NCBI GenBank assembly: GCA_001949185.1 | Contig: BDGG01000018.1 | Location: 372,001-436,000 of the forward strand | Direction of reading: 5' to 3' | Source of the DNA: Ramazzottius varieornatus | Lineage: Eukaryota > Animalia > Tardigrada | DNA: 64,000 nt | In this document: positions 25,328 through 38,344 of the stretch, piece by piece | How the letters are laid out: the number at the start of each line of letters is the position of its first letter | How positions within the stretch are numbered: the stretch's first letter is position 1 | Notes under the pieces: generated by a model | The model's database searches: none | What the model was told of the DNA's origin: nothing | What the model saw: only the letters and a program-made list of their open reading frames with translations | Made by a program: the position numbers and the translations under genes

Positions 25328-26315
25328 ATTTGTTGGGGCCACTTCGTTGTGTTCACCTCGTGACAGAGCAAAACCAGCACCAAAGCCGACTCACGAAGGT
25401 GCAGTTAGTTCTGGACCCACTATTCTCAGCTCTAGAATGATTACAGTCCATGGGTATGAATTTAGGTCTTTGGTACGAACTTTTCCTGTGCTGATACCGA
25501 ACAATGCCGGTTTGTTGCCTCGGACATCTAATCGAACTAGAGGTCAAGCTAAATCTATGTAAGGGTACGATACCCCGTCCATATTCAGATACTGCAAACA
25601 TTGGAATTCAACTGAGCAAGTAAGAGGTCGGTCAGGCAAGTTCACCATCACCCACTTGAAAATCCAGTACAAGGGTGGACGACACCAAGAATAAACAAGT
25701 CGTCAAGAGCTAGCAACGCAACAGCAAGAAAACCAGAAAAATTCCAGACCTGCCCCCTATCCCACTATTATAGCGAAAAAATGTTCTTACCATTGGCTCC
25801 CGGCAAGCACCTTCTGAAAATACTTAACGGAATTTCATGTAGCGTGTGTCAGAAGACAGTCAGTTCATGTTCTTAATTGAATGCTTCTGCTCTCCTGGCG
25901 TAGTTCGGCTTCTATCCTGACCTGAGGCGCTTGATTTAGTTACTTGCCAAGAAGTCAATGCAGCGCGCTTGCCCTCAACTTTCCGTGCTAAATCAAAGTG
26001 ACTGCGTCATGGCTTGTCAACTTAACCAAGTTTACACAGAAATTGAAAAAGGTGCTCTGGCGTGTCAGCGGAATATCTTCATCCCGATAAAAACTCACGG
26101 TGATAAGGCAGCTCAATACCTCCGGCCCAACAGCTTTTCCCACAAATTACAGTGTCTCCCGCAAAGCCCTTTCTCGGGAAAATTTCTTCAAGCTTTCTCA
26201 TGGTTGACAACTCACGGAAAATTCTTCTGGGGGCTGAGCTCTGTAAACTTTCATCGGGAGTCAAAATGTTCAGCAGTCCACTGGAATAAAATTATCGTCT
26301 CCGTAAAATACCAGT

Positions 26316-26650
26316 TTACTTGGTCCCAGTAGCAACGGAAGCAACGGAAGGAAGGCAAGCCATAATTCATTCGCAAGATGAACAAGGACAAAACCACAGT
26401 GCTAAAGAGATACAACAAGTTGTTCAGAAGAATGAATAAGCGGTGGCTTCAGTTTGCGACGCGTTCGTCCTCCTTCTTGGTTACCTTCGGGTCATCCTGC
26501 AGTTGCTTGCTGATCTCCCGAGCAATTCCCTCCTCGCGTTTCTGGGCAATGCGATGCTTGAGGCCGAACTTGGTGCTCTTGTAGGCGAACGCAACCAACC
26601 AGGAAGTCGCAGCAGACAACAAGGTGTAGACCAACCAGTACAACGATCAG
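26316..26650 (-). pseudogene. SSR3: Translocon-associated protein gamma (TRAP-gamma) pseudogene fragment
   Basis: SWLVAFAYKSTKFGLKHRIAQKREEGIAREI...KKEDER, then EATAYSF and C-terminal ATGTK*, matching SSR3 ([25 protein letters not shown]...EATTFS...STGSK). In-frame stop and deletions present. Confidence 0.85.
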
Positions 26651-28059
26651 TTCATGTAGAACAGAAACGATCTGGACATCAGCTGCTGGGTGCAATAGGC
26701 TATTCAAAAGCCAAAGATGACAGAACATAGCCAGTTCCACGATCGATAGCGAAGAAAAGACGCGAGAAAGAATCGTCGAAATCACTCTTACAATTGTGGC
26801 TCAAAAACTGCATTTTCGAAAATTTAGGATGCCTTGTCGCACCGCAAAGCGACCCGTCACCCAAACCTAGACCGCCTACACCGTGTTCTCCGTTTGAGCT
26901 TCGCCAGCGGGTATCCGCTATCGCTACGGTGTACGACAAAATTAACCGTTAAATTGGGAGTGGTACTGCAGCCGTAGTTTAGTCACCGTTCAGCCAATCA
27001 GAATTATTCTTGCTGTATGCGCAAATTTCACTGGCTGTATCCATCTGGTTCGGTCCAACATCCATTTTAAACGGTTTAATTTCTTCCATTGAGCGGAGAA
27101 TTTTGCCGCGGGCACGAAATCTGCTTGTGTTTGTCTGACGCAAGATGGGATGCAAGCCAGTCAGCAACCGCGGCTGTTTCGTCATTTGAGTCCAAATAGG
27201 CGAATTGGGAACATGTACTATTTGAGAAGTTTGCAGGGTATAAGCCGTTCCAAGTTGACGAGGTAGTTTACCGTACTGGAGTTCATGGTGGTACAGTGTA
27301 CGCGGAAATTAATCTCTCCAGAGGGACTCTAATCGCACCGAAGGTGGATGACCGTATGAACTCAAGGAAGAAAGCCATTACGACCACAATCGACTTCTAC
27401 CGTTTGTGGTGGCCGTATCCTTCAGAGCAAACGGAATGGCTTCGTACAAACTTACTTCAGCTTGACTTGGAACAGGGGAGAATGGTCGACAGTAGTAAAT
27501 GTTCAGCTGGCTCAGGTGCAAAGCCCGAAAGAGCTGAGGTGAGTCTTCTGCAGTTCCTTAGCCACTGTGGTATGTTGAGATATAACATCGTGCTTTTCTT
27601 TTGCCATCGTCACAGAGTAAGTACAGAAGGGCGAGAGCAGTCGACCAACATTGCCAACTCGACTGAGATGTCTTTCGGAAGATATGTTTTGGACAAGCTA
27701 CTGCGTTTGTTTTTGTTTCGCTATCTTCTCGCTGTTTGAGAACGGAATATTGTCTTTCCAATAAAGATTAGAGCTACTGCGTTATTGGACATCTTATCCA
27801 GAAGTTGGATGATTCGAACTTTCCCTCACCACCGTGTGAGAAGGCGAGGACGTATTTTGCTTCCAACCCAAAGGTTACTTCAGAGTGGACCGAGGCACTT
27901 TTACCGAAATTCGTCGGCATAGCAAGGACTTTCTCTGAATGGTTTTGCGGCGTAGCTGCTGTGCCTGTCTGCATCATGTACAGTAATGCGGGCTGCTTTA
28001 GCTCTGCGATGAGTTAATTCAGCTGCACTTTTTGTGTCGTTCGGTATGCGCCACATATT

Positions 28060-28574
28060 GAGGACTGTCAAGAACCCTAAACCTTGAATTTATCTGAACT
28101 GTTCAGGAACCGGTTTTTTGTGTTTTGGCACCTAGGGTAGAATTATCGTACGATGCGAATTATCGTACAAGAGCTCTCGATCGCGCTTCACAGAAGTACC
28201 CGCGAACTTACGAGACCGAAGATATTGACGAGAGCCAGGTGCGAGGAAGAAATTCTCGAAAACTCACACTTCTAAAAAAAAGTAAATAATGCTGCCACAG
28301 TGAACATCGAAACTACAAATCACGTTTGAAAATGTAAAGTCAAAACAAACTATGTAAACAGGTAAAAAACAACAGACGAAAAAATTCGAAATGATGTGGA
28401 GCTAAGTTAGTCGCTCAGTAAAGGAAAGACAGTATCATCCAGGGCTTTTTTTCTTCCCAGGGGCTCTAAGATTTCAATCTCTTTTTTGCCGGCTCCTTTG
28501 TGTGCGGCATTTTGAGGTTCGATGCAGCTTTTCTCAATTTTCGCAAGATTTAGGGTTCTATCTTGACAGTCCTC
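28060..28574. mobile_element. Second, shorter Sola-like element related to 24411-25327
   Basis: GAGGACTGTCAAG...CTTGACAGTCCTC termini. Internal blocks shared with the first copy (AACTGTTCAGGAA, GAAGATATTGACG, CACGTTTGAAAA, TTTTTTCTTCCCA, TTTGTGTGCGGC). Confidence 0.8.
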
Positions 28575-28780
28575 ATATGACTGCGAACTACGAAATAAAG
28601 TGTCTTAAATACAAGTCTACGCTTTTCAACGGATGTTAGCAGACCAGTTCCGCGGAAACGATTAATGTCGACTGCCGACAGAATATAGCTTCAATGCGTG
28701 CTGCTCCGCAACAGTGTTACCGGAGCTCTTTTCGCGCTCACGTAGATCAATCGAGGTACAAGATATTTCTGACGTAGGTA

Positions 28781-31579
28781 GTGAAAGACTTGTACAGTAC
28801 TTACATTGCTTGTATCTCGAAAACTACATCTCTCAACAGTGCAGAGAATTTTTGGATCATGTCGAGTTGCGGCATGGACGTCGATCATGAAGTACTTGCA
28901 AACGAGAAAACCCCAAGGTATCGGTACATAGGAGAGTGTCCCCCTAAACTGACAAAGTATGCGGACAGTATGCATTTTGCGCACTCTTTGACGAAGGAAG
29001 GTGCAGAAAACATGCAGCCAGCAAGATGTGCGGAATCATGCAGGCGGCGACTCGGCCATCACTCCTCCGTCCGACTCGGAATGGAAGTTGGTTCTTTGTC
29101 ACGCATCGGGACGGATGTCATTTGCTGAAGTGGAGAGCCTTTTCCTGCCTTTGTACTGCGAGGAATCAGGAAAGGTGTGGTCTACGCGAAACGCACGGCT
29201 GTCGAAGTCTCCTTCTGGACAGAAGCCGATATGCACACAGCGTTGGAAGTTCCAGCATCAGCTTTCAGCACGAAGTGAGTTTGAGTACTCGAGTGCTGTT
29301 CTGTAATGTACGGGATTCCATTGTTGGTTTATTCCCCAACAGGGTATATCGCTGAAGCGAACTTACGAGGCACTCCAAGAGATGACTTTGACGGAGGACC
29401 TTTGGCGTTCACTGCCACCACACTTGATGGACGAAATTTCGACTCACTTAGCCCCACTAGTGTGGGGAAGACTGTTTACTCGGTACCGTGCATTCGATAA
29501 GCCGATCGTTTTCCCTAGTGAAGCACGCCTCCAGTCACTATTGCCGTTAACGTGCATTACGTGGGACAATGACCTGATCAAACCTATTTTTCGAGCCCCC
29601 ATATGACTGAGCCCTCGGAAGGCACACTTTGCCTTAATTTCTTAAAGGGTTGACCGGAGATGGAAAAAGTCGATGGAGCGCGCGCAAAAGTCTTGTGTAG
29701 GGGTGCTGGTGGTTCCAGACACAGAGTCGCCGTACCGAGGACCTAACCCATGTGAACGCGCTGAACCTTGCCGCCTCGGCAATGACATCAGCCATCTTGT
29801 TCTGTTCAGCCCGGGAAGAGCCAAGAACGGCTCCAAAGACGATAACGGAGACGATGATGACGATGGAAACGGCGATGAGAAGGCCGACTGGACCAAGCTG
29901 CTGAGAGTCAACAGGCAAATCAAGAAGCTGACGTTTGTCCAAGAGGATCATCCGCTCAACGTCAGCCACATGTAGTTTGGCCTGGGTGCTGCACCTCCCT
30001 TCGAGGAAGTCTGGAAGTCCATTGAAACCTTCGTTTGCATTGACAGCTTCCTTCTCTTTTTTTTTGGTGGGAGGTACGAATTCACAAAGTGGACGGTTGC
30101 GGTCTACGTGCCACGGCTGCAGTTGACTGTCCCAAAATTCAGTCACAGAAGGTTCTCGGAAAAGCAAAAAGACTTTGTGGGCCAGATCATGACAACGCTC
30201 GAGTCGCTTGACTCATGGTGGCCGTATCCAGCTGAACAGACCGAATGGCTTCGAAACAGCCTGAATGAATATGATTAGCGAAGAACAGCAAGCAGAGGTT
30301 GATGTGTACCTTACAAGCGCAACACGTCGACTATTTCGGTAAGACCTTGTTTTAGTAGCTCAATGATGAGCGAACTTACTTTCGGTTTTGGTGTGCTTTC
30401 AGATTAACAGCAAAGGGCACTGCGCGCTTGTCAACGGATTTGACCTCGTCAGCAATTATTTACGAAGGACATCTACTGGACAAGAGGGATTGCGCCGTCA
30501 TTGGGCAGTACCTTTGCGAATCGGAAAACTCGGATATTGATTTACCTCCCTGCGAATTGGAAAACACTCATTTCATCTTGGGTCCTGTGGACGATATAGA
30601 CGCAAACATCTATGAAGATTTCCTCGATGAAGCAGATCCCGTGCCAAACTATGCGAGGTGAAATAGTAACAGGTGTTTTTCGGAGAATACGCGTACCGAG
30701 CAGAAACTAGTCTTTCTGTTATTATCCGTAGAACTACTTTTGGCAATAGCCGCACTACCTGCATACTCCGCATAATACCATTTTAAAACTGTACACTATT
30801 AAATTACTCCGCGTACTACATTTTAGCTGACGTTGTGGATGCTACCATTTACTCTGTGTACAACCAAATTTTCACAGTGTTGGGTAAACAGCTGTCGGCC
30901 AATTCTTCTCCAAACCGAAAATACGGACCCAATGCAGAAGGCCACATCTCAGGGGGAAAGAAAAAACGAGTTTGGAATGGTGGACACGTCGGGGAGTGGC
31001 TGCATGTGGGAAACCCCTTGTACGAAAAGCTCAAAACTCCAGGAATCCAGATCTACTGTGCTATCCACTCTGTTATCAGGTCCCTTTCATGTTTGATTTC
31101 GAGAGGCTGATCTAGCTGAGAAGACCACCCAGTGCGTCAGGTTAATGCGAAAATTTTCATCTGTTCCGATGAAAACGAGGGCAGTCAGGAGGTATGCATA
31201 CAATGTGTCAGTGGTCTATGCGTTGGTTTTCGTTCTGATTGAGTTCAAGGTTGCAGGCCGTCGTTGATTATTTTTTTATATTACAGGAACGTAACAGTGC
31301 AAGGACGTGCAACTGGCGCCGGAGGGTCAAAGGCAGCTGGAGCAGACTTTTTCCTCTTATCTGATACTTACAAGGTTTCGAGCGATGTCATTGGATAGTC
31401 GCTTCTGGATAACAGAGATCGGCGCTAATCAGTCGCGCATTATTCAAGAGCCGATAACTTTATGGCCTTCAGTTTGTCAAGTTGAGCATCAGGCTTTTCG
31501 GGCCGAGGATACTCGATGGAGATCTGATGAGACCTGTTCGTCCAGTGGATATACGCCTCATACACACTATGTGGAGTGA
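28781..31579 (+). pseudogene. Unidentified multi-exon decayed coding sequence with a paralogous fragment at ~27330-27540
   Basis: Chain of + strand coding-like blocks with plausible splice sites, broken by stops and frameshifts. WWPYPAEQTEWLR (~30216) is repeated as WWPYPSEQTEWLR (~27407) with mostly synonymous differences. Confidence 0.45.
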
Positions 31580-32939
31580 GCTTTTTCTTACTAGCCGGAT
31601 CGAGCTCATAGGATCCGAAGTCTTTTGCCGTTATGTGGTTTGTCTTTGCCGACAAGTTGAGACGAGAAGATCGTGGCCACATAAGGCCTGCAGGTCAGCC
31701 CCCTTGTAACCCACATTTCGGGCAAGGCAGCAGTTCACCCGGTTCACATGATTCTGATCCGTCGCGGACCCTACTTCTTTCTTGTGATGAACGCATCCCT
31801 CCAATACCATTATTTTGGACGAATTAGCTGTCCCGATTTGCGTTGATTTGGTAGATAGCCGCTACAGTTACTTAAAACCTATGTCAAGAGGCTGAAGATA
31901 CGATCTGAAGACCATAACGACTTCTATCTGAAAATCAAGAGGTCAGAGCGAAGACGAAGATTTTCGAGATCTGTTTCATATCTTGAATGACCATACTGAG
32001 GCAGAGTTTCACTCAGGAAACACGTGTTCCGCTATTGCAACGGAGTTTGCGGAATTTTCGGCTTTTCCAGTTCATGGATGTATTGGCCGATCACCGCACA
32101 GTCTTTCGGTTCGAGCACATGCTTTGCAAATACCAGCTTTGTTTTCGCCGCTTGTTAGTTCAGGTTATTCGGGTTTCTGTACCCGAAACCATGTAGCATA
32201 CTCTCTCAGACAAACCTGAAAGGCAAGTATAAATGTACAGTACGAGGTGGCGAAGGTAATTCGGGCACAGCGATTTTCGTATCATAATTCAAGTATAATT
32301 TTCCTAAGCTCCTGCAGCAAGATTACTTGATTACTGCAAATTGACCTGATCTCGTTCGATAGATTGCCCAGCTGTTATTAGTAAACTGCGTTCCCCCAAC
32401 TCGGGGATTGATTCACGCGTACAACTGCGCACAGGGCTATGCATACGAGATAGTGAGGATCAAAGATCTTATCAGCAGATCTTCCCCGGTAGCGGGATCT
32501 CATCTGTGATTTTACTTGTGATCATTTATGGTCGGTTTCGACACACGCCTGCACTAGAGATGTCTTTGGTGTCTTTTTTTCCACTCTAGAGCTCTTTTGA
32601 TATAGGATTTTACACCTTTCCACCCTAGACGAGAGAGGTGTCTCCAGCAGGGTGGAAAGGGTGCCAGAGAATAATTCAGGGTGTCTTTATTAGATTCGGG
32701 TTTGATATATCAATTTATCCTCCCGACAAAAACGCTGAGAACGGTGGATAGAACCGCCAGCCGACCAGACAGTAATGCCCATAACTCCCATATCAGCGCT
32801 AAATCTATCATGACGTAGCAGAATTTGATCCTTTATCAGACGTCGTGGTCCCATGTGCGGTGAATCTGTCTAAGGCAGGCCGCAGGCCATGTAACTCGCA
32901 AGCGGTTCATGCTTGTTCTGACATCTCGATCATCAAACC

Positions 32940-32989
32940 NNNNNNNNNNNNNNNNNNNNNNNNNNNNNNNNNNNNNNNNNNNNNNNNNN
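32940..32989. other. Assembly gap (50 N)
   Basis: N run. Confidence 1.
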
Positions 32990-33347
32990 GTCGGAATTGG
33001 CGCTAGACTCAGCTTTTGGATGATGGACGTGATGGTTGATTGTGCTGATTCCGGAATATTTCCACTGTTCTCAGGCCACCTTTGAGTAAGCGTCGGCATT
33101 CCGTTCTCCACTCAGTTCCTGATTCCGCCTGAAAACCAGGAATTCAGTTTCGTTCCGGCCAAGCCCGATTCGAAGCGCTGGAATTCCGAATCGGTATACG
33201 AGCATCAAACCAGAACTTGTATGCGAGTCAGAAATAGAAATCGGAAAAATGACGTAACGGAGTGAAATTCAACCGTAGAAAATTATCGTAGAAATGGACA
33301 GTGGCCATCAGCTGATCAGCTGTTTTACTCTAACGCTTCAACGCTGC

Positions 33348-36347
33348 TAGACCTGGCAATGGTGTGGTTTTACCACACCACACCGAAAAAAACCACACGT
33401 TTCGGTTTCGGTGTGCGAAAAACACCAAACCGAAGAAAGTGGTGTCCGTTTTACACCGAATCTTCGGTTTCGGTGTTCGAGGACACCACATCACACCAAA
33501 CCGAAAAACTTTCGGTGTACCGGTGTTAAATAATAGAACAAATAAATAAGACCATTACCGCAAATCCTCGACTACGCTTGGTAGTTGATTGACACACGGT
33601 GTTGATTATTTCGTGCTGCAGAGACCCATAATCTGATAGATGCGGGTTGTTTTCCTATGGATGTGTACCTTCCTGTCCTTTATCGAACTTTCGCCCATAT
33701 CCCCTGAACTCAGCTAGGTAGCATGTTTCGAAATAGGTTAACGCGGGACCAAGAGCTGGAGCAAATTCGCGCGGAGAGCGAAGAGAGGGATGGCACACGA
33801 CGCGAAAGGGATGATGGCGAAATAGCCGACACCGATGTGCTAATGGATACTGTCCCAGCTGCCTCGCCGTCCCCGTCTCTAAGTTCACCAACGTCGACTG
33901 TCAGGAGCAAGAAGAGTGCGAAAGATGTGAAACATCGAGCGCCTGTCTACAAGTACTGGAAGCATGATGAAAGAGCCAAGAAGTTCAAGTGTGGCTTTGG
34001 TAACTGCAGGCAGACTTACGCGGACAGCAATTCCAGCTCTGTACTATCAACTCATACCAGGGTTGTCATCGAACCGACTGGGAAAGCAGAAGGAAAGGCG
34101 GCCAACTCCACCAGCTCACAATCGGCAGCAGTCCCGAAAGCCTTTCAGCCCGTCGTTCCAAAAATGAGCCGTAAAGTGCAGCAAGCGCTTGATGATCGAC
34201 TCAAGCGACTCATCACAGGCGGAAATCTACCCTTCGCTCTTGTGGACTATCCTGAATTCATAGAGTCTGCCCGAGCTTTGAATCCTTTATACGAAGTCCC
34301 CAGTAGGAACACATTGAAAGCCTGGCTCGTTGCGGATTTCGGGAAGTACAAGCAGAAGGCAAGCTTTACTGCTTGAAAATAATTTTACTCTGGACCCATC
34401 TAACATTTGGTCATAGTGCAATTTGTTTTCTAGGTGAGGGGGAAGTTGGCTAACGTACCTGGCAGAATCTCCCTAACGTTAGACCCATGGACATCTGTAG
34501 CCTAGGAAGGATACATGGGGATCACTGCACACTGGATGACTTCTGAATTCGAGCTAGAGGAACTACTGCTCGGGTTTGTCAGCTTACCAGCAGAACATTT
34601 CGGAGAAGCTTTGAAGGAAGAAGTCATGGCAATCTTAAGAGAGTACGGTATTGCGCACAAGACGTTCGGTTGGACCATGGATAGGGCTGCTAACATGAAA
34701 GCCTTTTTTAACGATATAAAACCAGAACAAGGTACAACATCACGAACCAGTTTCGTACGAGAAAAGTTCAAAGACTAACTTGCTTTGGTAACTAAGACCT
34801 AATGTGCTGAAAAAAGATTTTTCTATTTGTTTTTTCGTCTACGATGTGTCTGCCATGTAACGGACAACGTAGCTGAAGTTGGTGTCGAAGATGACCTGAA
34901 GATTGTAAGCCGAATACGCTAAATGGTGAAATTCGTCCGAAAGCCTAAAGCAAAGAGGTAGTACACCGCATTACAAGAGTCAGAGAAGGACAAGGACAAA
35001 GACAGGCACCTCAGATTACCCTTGGATGTCTCGACAAGATGGAACAGTACTCTACCAATGCTGCGCGGTGCTTACGAGGCAGGACATCATCTGAAAAGGT
35101 ATGCTGCTACTTATGGTACCACCGCGTTCAAGAAGAATTTGCTCAAAGATTCCGAATGGGAAGACGTGAGCCGTCTGATAAGTTTCCTGGTGCCGTTAGA
35201 GCAAGCTACTAACGACTGCTCGGCATCACGTTGTCCTACGTTTCACCTCGGCAAGCAGTGTCTTTCAACTCTCCACGACCACTTCAAGGTAAAAATAGGT
35301 AAGTGAGAGAAGAGCTGCGTTAATTCCTCAAATGTGGTTCCACGTGTCCACTTTGGATCATGGATTCTCAAGTTACTTTATTGGAACAAAACTATTTTTT
35401 CACGGAATTCAATCTAGCTATACATTGAAATCCGAATTGAAGTTGCTCTTCTCTCAGGTTAATTATTTTTCTTTAAGGTTGTGCAAGATGATCCAACCGA
35501 GGTAAGGGGGAACTTCCGAATTCACTAAATTGGTGTTTGTGCATGATAGTCATTTGCAGAAACCCTATATCAAAAGAACTGCTGCGAAGATGGCAGCCAA
35601 GCTGACGTCAGTGGAGCCCGATAGTTGGCAGCAAGAAGCCGCAACCGTAGCTCTTCTTTTGGATCCATGCGTCAAAACAAATGCCTTCGCGAACCCGGAA
35701 GAGAAGCTGCGAGCCATTGAAGTGCTGAAGAAATACTTCGGTCTTTACTCAGATCAGAGTATCGGAATTCCGCACAGTTCCACTGTTACAAACTCACAGC
35801 CTGCATCTCTACGCAATTCTTTCCTGCGAAAAATCACCAGCGGTTTGACTGCTCAACAGAACGAAGTCGACAGTTATCTCGGAAGCTCTGCGCAGCCAAA
35901 ATGTGACGTGCTGCTGTGGTGGAAGTCCCGCCGTGATGTTTTCCCTGTTTCATCTGAAATTGTAATAGACTTCATGGCTGTATCTGCATCTTCGGTACCA
36001 TCTGGACGTTGGTTTTCTCGCGCTGGCAAGGTTGTTACCAAGTATAGAAGTTCGCTTGATAGTTTCACCGTGCAAGTTTCAATGTGTTTAAAATCTTGGT
36101 ATTTTTTTGCGTTTCCGTGTGCGGCGCAGTTTGATTTGTTGATGTCGAACTAATATTGAAAACTAGCTCTTAATAATTTTTCGGTTTTTCGATTTGGTAT
36201 GGTGTGGTGTACCGAAAGTTTGGTGTGGGATTTGCACATCACTAAAAAAAGGAGTGCGACTTTCGCACCGAAAAAGTAATTTCGGTGTGGAGAAACACCA
36301 AACCGAAAAACACCACACCACACTTTATCACACTTTTGCCAGGTCTA
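33348..36347 (+). mobile_element. hAT (Ac-like) DNA transposon, 3.0 kb
   Basis: TIR TAGACCTGGCAA, exact 8-bp TSD AACGCTGC (33340-47, 36348-55), CACCA/AACCGA subterminal repeats at both ends. Confidence 0.96.
33723..36153 (+). pseudogene. hAT transposase with BED finger and introns; disrupted
   Basis: VYKYW...FKCGFGNC...H (BED-like), LTLDPWTS, TMDRAANM, RCVCH, DVSTRWNST, LLWWK...SASSVPSGRWFS (catalytic E replaced by G). Stops near 34920-34960. Confidence 0.9.
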
Positions 36348-37270
36348 AACGCTGCTGTCAACTTTCTTCCAGAGAAGCTTTGGACTAGCTTGAACTGTTG
36401 AAGGTGTGCGTGTTCCGGTAAAATGGAGATTTAACTGATATAACAAATATGATAAGCTTTGACAAATATGACACAGCAGTCCAGCATTCGATGTTGGTTT
36501 TTATTTGTAGCAGAAATCACCTGCCCGTGCCGCCGTAGCGAAAGGGCCTCGTCCGTTATTTTTACTGGCCCATAATGGACCTGTTTCGCAAGTCATGTTT
36601 TCGGCTTACACAGCATAAGTATAGGTTTTATGCTGTGCAGTTATCCACGGCTTATGTTTTGCCTAATATCGCTGCACAGAATTTGAAATTCTGTGCAAGC
36701 TGAGTTGATTGTACTATTGACCACTTTGGTCGAAATTTGAAATTTTGGTGGAGTGGACCGTAATATCTCGTCGCTCGTGTACCTGTGGTGTTTCTTATTG
36801 CCACATGCCGAATGTATTGCTCCTCTTTTCTCTCCTTGCTGCTTCCGGGTGAGGTGGGGTTAGAGGCTTGGCCACTCGGCAGTTCAGATTACTTTTCCGC
36901 TCTCGGCGGAATTACACGCCGACGGCGACGGCAGATGAGACTGCCCCAATTAAGTGTTCATGCCTTTTCGAATTAAGTCGGCCAGTGGCGCGTAATTCGA
37001 GAGGCCGCATAGCGACACACCACCATTTTAAATTTGTTTGCCGGTTCCACACTGCACATCGTGCTCAATTAACCGGTGATTAGCACGTGTTGCACGAAGA
37101 CCACTGAGCGTCGAAAAGACAGGGAACAATCCGCTCGTTCATTTTTTCAACAGCCCATCACGCACTGGATTGCGGAATTATTTTCTAACGTTCCAGTGAA
37201 AACCGAATGTTCTATTGTCACTAGAAAGCGATACTGTATACATGACTGCCAGCGACGTGTGACTTTGACC

Positions 37271-38344
37271 ATGGACAGCAATCGGACCAACACGACGAAC
37301 GTCACCGCGTTACTGAACGGCAGCACCATCGAAGGACCCAACTGGACATTCACACCCTCCTTCACGCTCTTCATCCAGCTCAGCGCCTTTGTTAACAACG
37401 GCGCCATGGTAGTTGTATTCGCCCGAAACGCCGCATTGATAACACCCTTCACCGTCTACCTTTTTAATCTATTTGCATCAAACTTCATCGTCTCTATATT
37501 CTTCTACTCCATCGAGCTAATCAACGAACTTTACTCTGCATGGTGGCTTGGCTACGCAATGTGCACCATGTTCCAATATACCAGCTGGGTTTTGACTGGT
37601 AGTATGTGCATCGCCCACGGAACTATCGCTTTAAACCGTCTATGGGCAGTGAGCTTTCCGGTGTCGTATCGCCGCTATCACAAGAAGCGTTTCGCTGTGG
37701 CAGTCATTGCCACCTTGTGGATTTCGCTGCACATCATTGTTATACCAGGCTTGGTGTTGGACGCCGTGTGGTACCGTCCACCAATGGAAACCAACGGCTG
37801 CAATATCAACACCGACGCTCCTCAAGCTTGGTTGTGGTTCGCCCAGCTGGTCATTATGGACACACCTGTAGTCATTGTAGTAGCAGTTTATCCAATCATC
37901 TGCTACAAGACTATTCAACGTAATCGAGCTCGAGTAAGACCAGCGGGCGCAACTGGCACCAAGATGGCCTCTCGGCGCCAGCGGGCTCCTTCAACAGTTT
38001 CACCTTCGGTCAGAAGCGATTTAGAAGCTTCAGTGTCAGTTCGTGCAGGTGGCGAAAAACAGATTGAGCATCGAATGTTATGTTGCCGCCTACCAGGCGT
38101 ACGCCGCGGTAACGGTCATGGGTTTCTAGCTTTGACACTGATGACTTCAACCGTCCTGTTGTGCTACTCACCTGCAAGTGTCTATTTCACGCTTTACATT
38201 TGCTTCAACATAGACGTTCCAGGAATGTTTTCCAAAGTCATGATTCTGTACGAGCTGGCGGCTGTCTTGGATCCAATATGGTTCATGTTGTCCTTGTCTA
38301 GTCTTCGAGCCGCTTTCCGGCGGACTTTCATACCATGTCACTGA
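37271..38344 (+). CDS. Intronless orphan rhodopsin-like (class A) GPCR, 357 aa
   Basis: N-terminal sequons (NRT, NTT, NVT, NGS, NWT), seven hydrophobic segments, WWLGYAMC, IALNRLWAV (DRY position), CYSP, LDPIWF (NPxxY position). Confidence 0.92.
   Translation: MDSNRTNTTNVTALLNGSTIEGPNWTFTPSFTLFIQLSAFVNNGAMVVVFARNAALITPFTVYLFNLFASNFIVSIFFYSIELINELYSAWWLGYAMCTMFQYTSWVLTGSMCIAHGTIALNRLWAVSFPVSYRRYHKKRFAVAVIATLWISLHIIVIPGLVLDAVWYRPPMETNGCNINTDAPQAWLWFAQLVIMDTPVVIVVAVYPIICYKTIQRNRARVRPAGATGTKMASRRQRAPSTVSPSVRSDLEASVSVRAGGEKQIEHRMLCCRLPGVRRGNGHGFLALTLMTSTVLLCYSPASVYFTLYICFNIDVPGMFSKVMILYELAAVLDPIWFMLSLSSLRAAFRRTFIPCH

Noticed and set aside
32990-33190. GGAAT/ATTCC-rich segment, possible hAT MITE end
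   Set aside because: Truncated by the assembly gap; partner TIR not visible.
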